A DNA stretch of 64,000 nt from Psilocybe cubensis (lineage: Eukaryota). A model generated the notes under the pieces. The model saw only the letters and a list, made by a program, of their open reading frames with translations, ran no database searches and was not told where the DNA came from. Position 1 is the stretch's first letter; the number at the start of each line of letters is the position of its first letter. The position numbers were made by a program, and so were the translations under genes. Positions 26,997-37,163 of the stretch are shown piece by piece. Where the stretch lies: positions 1,550,001 through 1,614,000 of the forward strand of contig CM038998.1 of the NCBI GenBank assembly GCA_017499595.2, given 5' to 3'.

Positions 26997-28559
26997 TCAT
27001 GGCTGAACGCGAGTCATTGTAATATCGACGCCATTTGCTCTCAAGCGGTCTACTCTGACCGCCTGGTCATGGTTTATCACCTGGCCAGTATAATCGAGGA
27101 TAAAATTGAACGGAGGACTATATAATTCGCCCGGGGCGAGTCGGTCTACGCCCGCCTGCCAGCGGTACTCGAGCGCGCGGATGGCCGCCTCGAGATCGTC
27201 CACGCTGCACGCGAGACAGCGGAGCCGCGGGAGCACAGCACCAGCTGCTATAGCTCCCAGCACGTCCCGCGGGACGAGGTTGTCCGCGCCGATGAGGAGC
27301 GCGGTGAGCGTCGGCAGCGCGTGTGCGATCTCTGCGACGGTGTGCGGCGGGAGCGGGATGTTGTCGATCTGGAGGACCTCGAGGGTGTGGCATGCGCGCG
27401 TGAGGAGGGCGAGCAGCTCGTCTTGTGGATGTGGGCGTTGCGTGCGGATGGAGTTGGATATGGTGAGTTCTTTGATGTTGGGTGTGTAGAGCGGCTCGAG
27501 GAAGGAGCCGAGGAGCGGGCCTTGGGTGGTGAAGATTAGGCTGAGCTTTTGCAGGGATATGAGGCGGATGCGGGCTTTGGATATATCAAAGTCGGATGGG
27601 TCGTTTCGGGTGTCGACGCTCAGCAGACATTCGACGAGGCTGCGGCACAGACGCAGGAGGGCGTGGATTTTGGGGATGCTGATGGGGGTATCGTGGCAGT
27701 AGAGGTGTGTGAGCTGCTTCCACGGGAAAAAAGCATCGTCCACTTGGAGCTGGTAGCGAAAGTTGGACAGACCGAGCTTTGTCAAGAGGGGAGAGTTGGC
27801 AGGAAAGAGTTTACGGAGTGAAGGGCCTCGAGTGCTTGAAGAATTATCACATTCTAGATGTATTGATTTAAGGCAGGGGAATGAGAGCTGGGGCGCGATA
27901 GATAAGAAAGTGTAAATGGTCGACTCGGACAATCGCAAGTGTAGTCTCCAGAAGCGCGACGCATAGGGTATTACGAGACTGCGGAGGATGTTTTCCATGA
28001 TTGTTTGGTGGTCATCAGGAAAGTCGGGCCCCGACCAACGAGATATCTGTAACGACAGAGGCTTGAGGGAACCACAGCGGGCAAAAAACATTTTGGCAAG
28101 CAAGACTGTGCGTCGTGGATCGAGGCCCTTTTCATAGCGAAAGACAACGTCTGCCCAGAGGTCTGGAGTGTCGAGTGCAACTGTTCGCCATCTGGAACAG
28201 GTCTGACAGAGGACAAGAGGGGTAGATGTACGACTAGGGGGAGGAAGATCTGTCGGAAAACAGCTGTATGCAAGGATGAATATGTAGGACAAAAGCTCTG
28301 TAGGGAGAGATTTGTGGGGTGCGATGGCAATGTCGCAAGCAGCAATGAGGGAGACAAGCTTGCGGCGGGTTTGGCGCTTGGAATGTTCTGATAGGATATT
28401 ATTGTCTTGCAATGAAAGTTGAGCGAGGGCTAATTCAGCATCTAGGAGAGCAAGGTCGTCGAGAGCAGATTTGCGCTGGCGGTGAAGGGTTGCGCGGACA
28501 TCGTCTGAAAAGAGGTTGTTTGTTGCGAGGTCGAGAAGATGGAAATCAAGAGACAACAT
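26997..28559 (-). CDS. F-box/LRR-like protein, single exon
   Basis: IAPHKSLPTELLSYIF..PLVLCQTCSRWRTVALDTPDLW followed by LxxLxL repeats (PWKQLTHL, LISLQKLSL); start uncertain (ATG 28559 chosen). Confidence 0.8.
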   Translation of the reverse strand: MLSLDFHLLDLATNNLFSDDVRATLHRQRKSALDDLALLDAELALAQLSLQDNNILSEHSKRQTRRKLVSLIAACDIAIAPHKSLPTELLSYIFILAYSCFPTDLPPPSRTSTPLVLCQTCSRWRTVALDTPDLWADVVFRYEKGLDPRRTVLLAKMFFARCGSLKPLSLQISRWSGPDFPDDHQTIMENILRSLVIPYASRFWRLHLRLSESTIYTFLSIAPQLSFPCLKSIHLECDNSSSTRGPSLRKLFPANSPLLTKLGLSNFRYQLQVDDAFFPWKQLTHLYCHDTPISIPKIHALLRLCRSLVECLLSVDTRNDPSDFDISKARIRLISLQKLSLIFTTQGPLLGSFLEPLYTPNIKELTISNSIRTQRPHPQDELLALLTRACHTLEVLQIDNIPLPPHTVAEIAHALPTLTALLIGADNLVPRDVLGAIAAGAVLPRLRCLACSVDDLEAAIRALEYRWQAGVDRLAPGELYSPPFNFILDYTGQVINHDQAVRVDRLRANGVDITMTRVQP

Positions 28560-28701
28560 AGGGCAGATTGATGTATATACAAACTGGCTACTGGGGTACA
28601 GAAATGAGGAGAGCAAAGACTAGATAATGTACAGACGACAGAGAAGAGCAAGAGGTGATACTACAAACGGGGCATATAATCAAGAAGGAATAAATGGTAT
28701 A

Positions 28702-29457
28702 TTAGACCAAGGTCTCTCCAACGGTGAAATGGACATGATCACCCTCGCCGAGAGTGAGACGAACGGGGAGACGGGGGTCGATCCTGACGGGAGCGCTGGA
28801 GCCTACGAAAAAGTCGCCGCGAGAAAAGTTGCGGATGGCGGCAGTCTCCTCCTCAGTGAGGGCGCGAGGGCGCTTGTTTGGGCGGAAAGTCGAGGTAGAA
28901 GCGCCGGTAAAAGAGCCGTTGTAGTCGTAGTACTGCTGGTGGGAGAGATTTGGGGTGCCCTGGAGAGTAGCGTACATGGGGGGCGGAGCGAACTGGACAT
29001 TTTGGGCAGGGGCTGGATCAGAGGATGATGAGAGAGAGCAGCAGAAAAGAGACACACGACGCGAAACAAACCCGATGCGGAATGGTGGCCCTGCTGCTCC
29101 TGTGCGTCTGGATCCGGATATGCGCAAGAGTTGCCTAGCCCGCGCTTGAGACAGCTCTGGGGGGGAATGAGGACAAGAGGGAGGAAAAAGAGAAGAAACG
29201 GACCTGGCAGGGGAGAACCTCGCTGCAGCGAGTCTTGCCAGTGTGACAGGCGATGCAGGCCCTGCGGACAGAGGGGGCCTTGGCTGTGGGGGACAGTGAG
29301 CAGGGCAGAGAGGAAGAGAGAAAAAAGAAATACGCTTTCGGGGAGGCTCGGGGGGAGTGCCTTCCTGTTGTTGTTGCTGCAGTTGCTGCTGCAGTTGCTG
29401 TGTGTCGATCGCGGACGGGGCCTCTTGCGCCGGTTCGTCTGGGGGGATGGCCGACAT
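28702..29457 (-). CDS. Short Zn(II)2Cys6 transcription factor (~200 aa, 3 introns)
   Basis: Spliced RRACIACHTGKTRCSEVLPCQ|SCLKRGLGNSCAYP = C-x2-C-x6-C-x5-C-x2-C-x8-C; polyQ N-terminus; 3' end less certain. Confidence 0.82.
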   Translation of the reverse strand: MSAIPPDEPAQEAPSAIDTQQLQQQLQQQQQEGTPPEPPRKRISFFSLPLCPAHCPPQPRPPLSAGPASPVTLARLAAARFSPARSVSSLFPPSCPHSPPELSQARARQLLRISGSRRTGAAGPPFRIGFVSRRVSLFCCSLSSSSDPAPAQNVQFAPPPMYATLQGTPNLSHQQYYDYNGSFTGASTSTFRPNKRPRALTEEETAAIRNFSRGDFFVGSSAPVRIDPRLPVRLTLGEGDHVHFTVGETLV

Positions 29458-29608
29458 CTGGACGAGACGGAGGGGCGTTTGCGGGCAACCACCGTTCTTC
29501 CCCGCTGCAATCCTAACTCTCTGTCACGTCACTCCGGCTACTCTCTCCCCGACTGCCGGTCAACCTCTCTTAATCTCTCTGCCCCATCTCTCTCTCTACC
29601 ACAAAGCC

Positions 29609-30319
29609 ATGTCCCACTCGCCTCTCCAGCCTCCAGTTCCCTTTGCCGACTTTGAGTTCACATTTGACCCGTCTCTCTCAAATCTCTTTCCCAATCCCCC
29701 GCCCCTCCCCTCCTCGGCCGACCTCTTCTCCCCCGCAGAGACAACTGATCTTCTCGGCTTCCTCGACAACTTTAACGACTTTGCATGGGACTTGGGTCCA
29801 ACGGATCTTCAGCATGACCACCACGCACCCTACTCCAACCCACATCTAAACACCGTCCCAGAACCATCCCCTTCTGCCAGGCCAAAACCCACCAGCCGCA
29901 CCTCTTCGTCCCGCGGCACCCATAACCACGACGAAGAGCCCAGCACCCCCACATTTGCCGCAAGTGCTGATCCTCCAGCAGCCAGAGCAGCCGCTGCCCG
30001 CACAAAACCACTCCTCTCCACTCCCCAGAAGCGGCTCAACCACATCATGTCCGAGCAGAAACGACGCAATGCCATTCGCGACGGTTACGCCCAGCTCATC
30101 GCCCTCATGGCTCCAGCTGGCTCAGCCCCTGGAATCGGCATGCCTACAAGGGGAAGACCCAAGGGTTCCGGAAGCAGAGGAAAAGGTCAGACCAAGGGAA
30201 AGAGCGGCGTCTTGTTTCGCGCCGTCGAGTATTGTCGTTGGCTTGAAGAGGGCCGCGATTCGCTGCACCAAGAAGTCATCAGAGTTGAAGCGGCCGCCGG
30301 GATTCGACACCCATCATGA
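29609..30319 (+). CDS. bHLH transcription factor (Ino2/Ino4- or Mlx-like basic region), single exon
   Basis: LLSTPQKRLNHIMSEQKRRNAIRDGYAQL..GKSGVLFRAVEYCRWLEE; ATG 29609 (MSHSPLQ). Confidence 0.85.
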   Translation: MSHSPLQPPVPFADFEFTFDPSLSNLFPNPPPLPSSADLFSPAETTDLLGFLDNFNDFAWDLGPTDLQHDHHAPYSNPHLNTVPEPSPSARPKPTSRTSSSRGTHNHDEEPSTPTFAASADPPAARAAAARTKPLLSTPQKRLNHIMSEQKRRNAIRDGYAQLIALMAPAGSAPGIGMPTRGRPKGSGSRGKGQTKGKSGVLFRAVEYCRWLEEGRDSLHQEVIRVEAAAGIRHPS

Positions 30320-30423
30320 TCACCATTTCTTTTTCTTTTTTATTCCCCCTCCAGGATATATACCACCTATGTAATAAATATCAAAAGTACTCCATACCAT
30401 GTATCTCTAAACTCTTTATAAAA

Positions 30424-30480
30424 ACGCGTATTTTTACTTGGACGCGTCGTAACGTTATATATTACCATCACCTGACGCGC
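30424..30480. promoter_or_regulatory. ACGCGT/ACGCG (MCB-like) motif cluster upstream of BSP gene 1
   Basis: ACGCGT at 30424 and 30442, ACGCGC at 30475. Confidence 0.4.
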
Positions 30481-30490
30481 ATACATTCAC

Positions 30491-31308
30491 ATGCCTCCTG
30501 CTTCATTACCACCACCACCCAAGCCATGGCCCATACCAAACTTCCAGCTCCGTATCGACGACCTTGACCATGAAGGCGTCGACATTTTCTTGGCCGCTGT
30601 CAACCCCAAACAAGCCATGCACGCAGCCGTCATGACCAGCTTCCAATTCCTCTACACCCAGCGCACCGTGCCCCGGACGTGCGCATCCCCTTCTGTTATA
30701 TGGCCCTCATTTATTAATTCCACGCTAGCGTTCGCCAGATAAACCTCGTGCTTCGCCCGATGGATGGCGTCGCCTACACTTTTGGCTCACAAACCCTCAA
30801 GGAGATCCATTTTTCCTTGGATTACATCAAACGCACCGCCAACAGAGCCCGCGATGAGATCATGGGTGTCCTCGTTCACGAGGTCGTCCACTGCTTTCAA
30901 TACAACGCCTTTGATACTTGCCCGAGCGGTCTGATCGAAGGCATTGCAGGTATGTTCTTTCCATCTTTTCTGATTCCATAGTCCTTACACTTTTTTCTAG
31001 ACTTTGTGCGTCTCCATGCAGGTCTTTCCCCGCCCCATTGGAAGCGCACCGGTGGCGATAGATGGGACATGGGGTATGAAAAGACTGCGTATTTTCTAGA
31101 CTGGATTGAGAACCGCTATGGAGAGGGAACCATACGCGAGCTCAATGCCGCAATGAAAGATACCCAATACCACCGCCGCATCTTTAAAGAGCTCACAGGC
31201 AGGCCTGTGCGCAAGCTCTGGGCTATGTATTGCAAGAGTCTCGAAGAGTCGTCCGACGCAGAGACGACCGAGGGCTTCCTTCTCCTCCATCACGAATACG
31301 AGTCTTGA
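30491..31308 (+). CDS. BSP (basic secretory protein / gluzincin-like metallopeptidase) family protein, one domain; introns 30679-30728, 30950-31000
   Basis: MDGVAYT, KEIHFSLDYI, GVLVHEVVHCFQ (HExxH), GLIEGIA|DFVRL, WDMGYEKTAYFLDWIE. Confidence 0.88.
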
Positions 31309-31423
31309 ATAACATGGGAATCTATGTGAAATAACTTGCTTTTCGCGGTGAATGTCGTTAAGCGAATAAAGTCACGACATGTCATGACAAGATTATCGAT
31401 GTAAATGATGGGAATATCTGACA

Positions 31424-32999
31424 ATGCCTCCTCTAACCCCCGCGACGACCATCGATCCACCCAAGCCCTTGCTCAAGTTCCGCATAGACGACCTTTCTCA
31501 CAAAGGCGTGAGCATTTTTCTCAACGCTGTTGATCCGGGACAGGTCCTCTCCCAGGCTTTGGCGGCTAGCTTCAGATGGCTCTATACGCCTGAAACGGCG
31601 CTTCCAGAGTACGGAATCCTCCTCTTGCATTTGTGCGACGATCTGACGCGTAATAGTGTAAAAGAAGTCACGTTGGTGCTGTGCACATCGGGTACAATCG
31701 CAAGGACATCATTTACAGTCAAGGATGGAGGAGTGTACATTGAATCTCTGCTTTCCCTCTCGTATATCGTGCATAGCGAGGACCGCGTCGAGGATGAGAT
31801 AACGGGCCTGTTGATTCATGAAATCGCACATTGTTTGCTGCGTCTGCACTCAAAGAGTAAATGTCCCTCGGGAGTCCTGGTGGGCATAGCTGGTGAGCTT
31901 GGGACCTGTAGTCATACTCTTCGCTAAACCGTAATAGACTATGTGAGATTGAGAGAATATTACGGGCCGCCGCATTGGACCCAGAACACGAAAGGGTCAT
32001 GGAACGATGGTTTTGACAAGACAGCCTACTTTCTCGACTGGATAGAAAAGAAGCGCTGTGAAGGAACCGTTCGCAAGCTCGTTGCCGCCCTCAAAGCAGA
32101 GTACAGCGACGACCTATTTGCACAGATCACGGGCGTCTCTGTGTCTGATCTCTGGAAGCAATACGTCGAACACGTGGAATCGAATCATCAGGACGAGGTT
32201 CATGCTGAGGAAGAGCAGGAGTCTGCTAATCCGTTGGCGGCGTGGCCTATGCCGAAGTTGAACATCCGAGTCGAGGATCTGGATCATGAAGGAGTGGACA
32301 TCTTTTTCGGCGCCGTCAAGCCCAAGGAGGCATTAAAGACGTCTGTCCTCGCGAGCTTCAACCAGCTGTACACGCTAAGCAATGTGCCTACCAAGTATGT
32401 TGATCATCTTTCTGGGCACAACCACCGACTCATCACTTTGTCTCTTAGCGTTAAAGAAATTCTTCTCGTGCTTCGTGATATGGGTGGAGTGGCATATACG
32501 ATTGGCAGCGCTTCGCACAAGGAGATCCACTTTTCTTTGAACTATATTAAAGCTACCAAGCACCGTGCCAGCGAGGAAATTCTAGGTGTGCTCGTACACG
32601 AAGTCGTGCACTGCTACCAGTACAACGCACGCGGGACATGTCCCGGAGGGCTAATCGAAGGAATCGCCGGTAAAGCATCATTTTCCTTTCCCTCATAAAA
32701 TCGCGCTTACGTTCGGCCGAATGCCAGACTTTGTCCGGCTGCACGAATCGCTCGGTCCACCGCACTGGCGAAGATCGACAGGCGGCAATTGGGACGACGG
32801 ATACGATACTACAGCGTATTTCCTCGACTGGATCGAACAGTCCTTTGGAAAAGGCACGATACAGAAGCTCAACTACCGCATGAAACGCGCTCGGTACGAT
32901 CATGGCTTGTTCAAAGAACTTACTGGACGCGAGATCGATGAGCTGTGGGCTAATTATGTGTCGTCTTTGGCTGGCGGCGACGATGCGAAAGACCGGTGA
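31424..32999 (+). CDS. Two-domain BSP family protein; introns 31609-31656, 31893-31937, 32395-32448, 32670-32727
   Basis: Domain 1 HEIAH..GVLVGIA|DYVRL..TAYFLDWIE; in-frame acidic linker; domain 2 HEVVH..GLIEGIA|DFVRL..TAYFLDWIE. Confidence 0.82.
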
Positions 33000-33499
33000 T
33001 CGTGGTTAGGATACAATGTACTTTGGAAAAAAAGAAAAAGGGTGTTTTTTCTTTTCGTACTGGAAAAATAGAACTGCTAAGTAAGGGCATTTTTTGCAAT
33101 CCCTTTCACCTTTCACGCACGCTGGCAAGCTCGGATCTCGGAGCGTTCTTTCCAGGGATACTGTTTCCCTAGAACACACTGCACACACACACACGCCGTA
33201 ATTCTGGAATACGGCCCCATGCACATGTCCTAAAGGGATCTATAGTTCAGCCTAATCGAACGTCTTTGCAATCCCTTTACGAGACCGTGACGAGTTTCCG
33301 GGCATTTTAAGCCCCGTCGAAAAGGAGTCTATATACCCAGACTTGGGTATAACGGTATCTGGCTGGCAAGGAGAGCTTTGGACAGTACCTTGTAAGAATA
33401 GCCAAAGGTTGTTGAAGCCAGTACTTCGGGTTGTCCAGGTACTCCATTGACTAATGATACAGTAGGTCGTAAATACGTCTGGTCAAGGCGAAATTAATG

Positions 33500-33760
33500 G
33501 TTAAAGAATAACATAATGGCAAGGAAAGAAAAAAAGAGTCGTAAATATCGTGAAACTAAAGCAAGAAAAAGAAAAAAAGAGAAAAAAGCTAGAGATGGTC
33601 GAAAGAAAGCCAACACAAGCGTTACGAAAAACTGCAAGAAAGCAAAGGTTAGACGAAAGCACGCGGAGAGATAGAAATGCGAAATGCGAAGAGGCTGGGA
33701 AGATGAAATCCAAGAGCAGAGAAAAAAGAGAGAAAAAGATGACTGGGGGGCAAAACAGGG
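33500..33760. repeat. A/G-rich low-complexity tract (U-rich on the FCP1 transcript strand, probable 3' UTR)
   Basis: runs such as aaggaaagaaaaaaagag, gcaagaaaaagaaaaaaagagaaaaaag. Confidence 0.55.
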
Positions 33761-33783
33761 TTTGAAGGCTGTGGCGGAGTGTC

Positions 33784-36700
33784 CTATCCCCACTCTTCCT
33801 CCAGCTCGCGAGCTAAGAAATCGTCTTCTTCCTCCTCCTCTTCCTCATCATCATCCTCTCCATCCTCCTCCTCGTCGTACGCAGCAGGCGACGAGCCTTG
33901 CGCGTCCGGCAGGGCAGTACCGTTGCCGCTCTCATTGACATCATTCGTGACAGCGTCGCCGCCTTCAATGTCATCCGCTGTGATCCCCTCCTTGAGCTTG
34001 GAGTACCCCGTGCGCCCAGCAGCCGCTTTCTTCCGCCTAGCGAGCGGCGAGCCATAGTCGCTCCCCGCATCCGACGGCGTTTTGCTCCGCATCCGTTTCC
34101 GTGAGCCGGTCCCTAAGTACTCGTCGTTGCCGCCGCCGCCATCAGACGGCGTCGCGCTCCGAAACCGCTTCCTTGTCGTCATCGTCTGCGAGGTATTATT
34201 CGCACCCCTATTCAAAAAAAAATTTCCAATAACAAAATGAACCCTTCCGCAATTTTTTTAGGAGGAGCGATGGATTAAAAAGGTACTGACCCGTCCGTGG
34301 TGTCGTCTTCCGAGACGTTGCCGCTTTTGAAAGCAGCGTAATATTCGTCGTATTCGTCGTCGCTTTCGTTCATGGCAGCTTCGACTTCATCGTTGATGTC
34401 ATCCCAGTTGATGGCTTCGAGGTGGAGGGGTCCGGTTTCCTTCATCTCTGGCGGCTCCTGGTCCCAGTCGTCCGAGTCGATGTCGAGGTCCGAGGAGAGT
34501 TGGTGGTATTCCGTGGTTGGACTCGAGGCGGGGATTACCACAGGCGGGTCGTCGAGCAGATACGGCTTCTCGTCTTGTCTTCGCCACAGCGCTATAGAAT
34601 CAGTGAACCACGCGAGCCAAACTATCTTGATTCCCCCTCGCCTCCGTGCCATGTCCACTTTAACGGTCCCACGCTACAACAAGTGTTATTGTCTCCGAGT
34701 CAGTAAAGGTCCATCATGAAAACAACAATTGGAAAGGGAAACAAACAAGGAAGTAAACAACAAAAAGTAACAAGAATGCATGAATGTTTCATATTTGATA
34801 AGTAGATTATCATGGAGAATGCTCGGCTGAATACCCCGCACCCACTTTTGCTCTGCGCGAGGTCGCGTGCCATAAATGAAAGAGATGTCTGAGCTCACCT
34901 TTGCAGCAACGACATGCGTGATGTTACTTGTCAATTCCGTCGAGCACTGGGCTCCGAACATATGAGCCATCCGCCAGATTTCGGTCGTTTCTGGCTTGGT
35001 GTCCAGAGGGATTACACTCGAAAAGAGGATATGGACACCTTCGAATACTTCTGATCGTATCCGAGGGATAATGCGCTACGAACAGCAAGCATAATTACAC
35101 TTGGATGCCATCTGGGATTGTCGAAAATGAAACATACCGTGACGTCGTATGCTTTAGCAGCCGCAGCCTTTGCTTTAGCGTTCTCATTCGCGCGACGAGT
35201 GTCATAGGCCGTAAAGAACCTCGTATGAACCTCATTTAGCAGCTACAAAGGTTAACTGTTAGCCTAGGTCCAGAAACTGCCTCACTGAACCTACTTTGCC
35301 TATTCGCTCTAATTCATAGTCGTCGTTCTTTAGTAGCGCCTTCTTGTGCATTTTCTCTGGCTTAGGTGACGGCGTTGGCGTAGGAAGCTTCTCGACGCTA
35401 GCTGGCGTTTCTGGGGGGGTCGGTGTTTTCTCAGCGGCTTGCTGTTCTTGTATTTCGTGCTCTTGAAGCTCCTTCTCCTTCTTGGCTAACGGCCGTTCTT
35501 CTAGTTGGGCATCGAGAGCAGCATTATTCTGCGTAAACATGGCGTTTTCGAGTTCTGATATTTCCCCGTCTGCAGCTACAGTAGTGGGTACATCAGGTGT
35601 TACTGGATTAGCGTTGTTGTTGGGTATTGGAGAAGTAGAAGACCCATTTATGCTTGCTGTTGGAGTTGCCTGGGGCACATTTAGCACAGGCGTAAGCGGC
35701 TCAATCTTGGGAAGGAACGACGAGTTGATGTCGCCAATTCCGACAAAAAAGTCATCTGTTCCGAGGTTAGCGACGATTAACCCGAGCGGATAAGTGGTAA
35801 AAGAACTTGCAGGGGATAACTTTGAGAAGGTTCGGACTCCATTCCCATACGTCTGCACGGTCGTCAATTATAACAACCATTGACGTGTCTGAAGGGAAGA
35901 GTCGCTTAAGGTTCTTCTGGGTTAAACCTGGCAGGTGGTCAATTGGTTGGCACAATAGGGACAGGACAGCGTATGATGCGTACTTCCACTCTCGTCTCTA
36001 CTTAGCAGTCGACCTCCGAAAATGTTTCCATCCGGATCAATTGCAGCACAGACTTCTTCCGCATATGCTCTGGTTCCCATCGTATAAACATGCATCTCGT
36101 ACTTGGTGGCAGTCTCACGTAGAAATTCTTTCCAACCGGGTCTGATTAAAGGAGAGGCAATAAGAAACCAGGGGTAGACGATAAGACAGAGAGGTAAGAA
36201 TCTCACCGAGGCTTGATGTAATACATACACCCTTCAGTCTCGACCATCTTGTTCTTGCCCTTTCCGCGATGTGCACTGCGTACGGCCAGGGGCCCAAAGG
36301 ACTCTGGACCGAGCCTGAAGCTCTTGACGTCCTTGAGAGCCTCCCAGTTGGGGTTGCACTCGTCGTCGTCGTCGGCATCATTAGCGGTTGGAGCACCGTC
36401 GTCGGGCGGGGTGGTAGAAGCCTTCTTGGCCTGCCTGGCCTCCCAGGCGAGACCCTCGTTTATCCACTCACCCACGGTTGGGTCGACTGTAGCATGGACG
36501 ATAGTTTGGTCGAGATCGACAATCAGAGAAAGCTTGCGGGATTTGAGAAGATGGTCAGCCGATTCGCGCTCGAGACGCTTGGCGTATTCGAGAGACACGG
36601 TAGGGCCGTGTGCGGAATGGGTCATCTGGATGTTAGCACGAGAGGTATCTGACACGTCTAGATAGTCGGCACTGAGTAGACACGGATTAGAACGAGAGCT

Positions 36701-37076
36701 GGGCGCGCTGATAGTATGTGGGAGCGTACATGGTCATATCCTTCGCGCAAAGGGCGCAGAGGCCGCTGATCTGTATTTCATGCTTGCACGGCTCGACGAC
36801 GAAGATTGCTGGAGATTCAGCAGCCTTCTTTCTAGTTACAACATCGCCGACTTTGAGATTCCAAGCTTTGACGACACCGTCAAGGGTGGAATCCCAAGTG
36901 CCAAATCTGGTTTCGGGGAGTTGTTCTGGACCGGGAGGAGAGTAAACAAAGGAATATTCGAGGAGACGGGACTTGCGGTCTACGGTTGCATTTTGAGCAG
37001 CGTTGAGAGAGGTGATCTTAAGAGGATACGGGAGATTCTGGGGCAGATGCAGCGGAGTCGGCTCCGAGTCGTCCAT
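33784..37076 (-). CDS. FCP1: RNA polymerase II CTD phosphatase Fcp1, multi-exon
   Basis: EPCKH..GLCALC, RKLSLIVDLDQTIVHA (DxDxT), YYIKPRPG, YEMHVYTMGTRAYA, LSRDESG, MVVIIDDRADVW, BRCT (FSSVIP..THVVAAK..WFTDS), acidic tail DDFLARELEEEWG*. Confidence 0.95.
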
Positions 37077-37163
37077 GGCCCAACCAACGCTGTTTCTGAT
37101 CAACGTTGAACATACACCATCCGTCTTCGGAATTTGCCGCGTTTACTCTATACTGTGCTAACT

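Noticed and set aside
29357-29608. Poly-Cys N-terminal extension of the bHLH ORF (MPSCCCCCSCCC)
   Set aside because: It is the antisense reading of the polyQ codons of the Zn2Cys6 gene; the likely start is ATG 29609
33494-33793. Phe-rich and Lys-rich ORFs
   Set aside because: Translations of an A-rich low-complexity UTR tract
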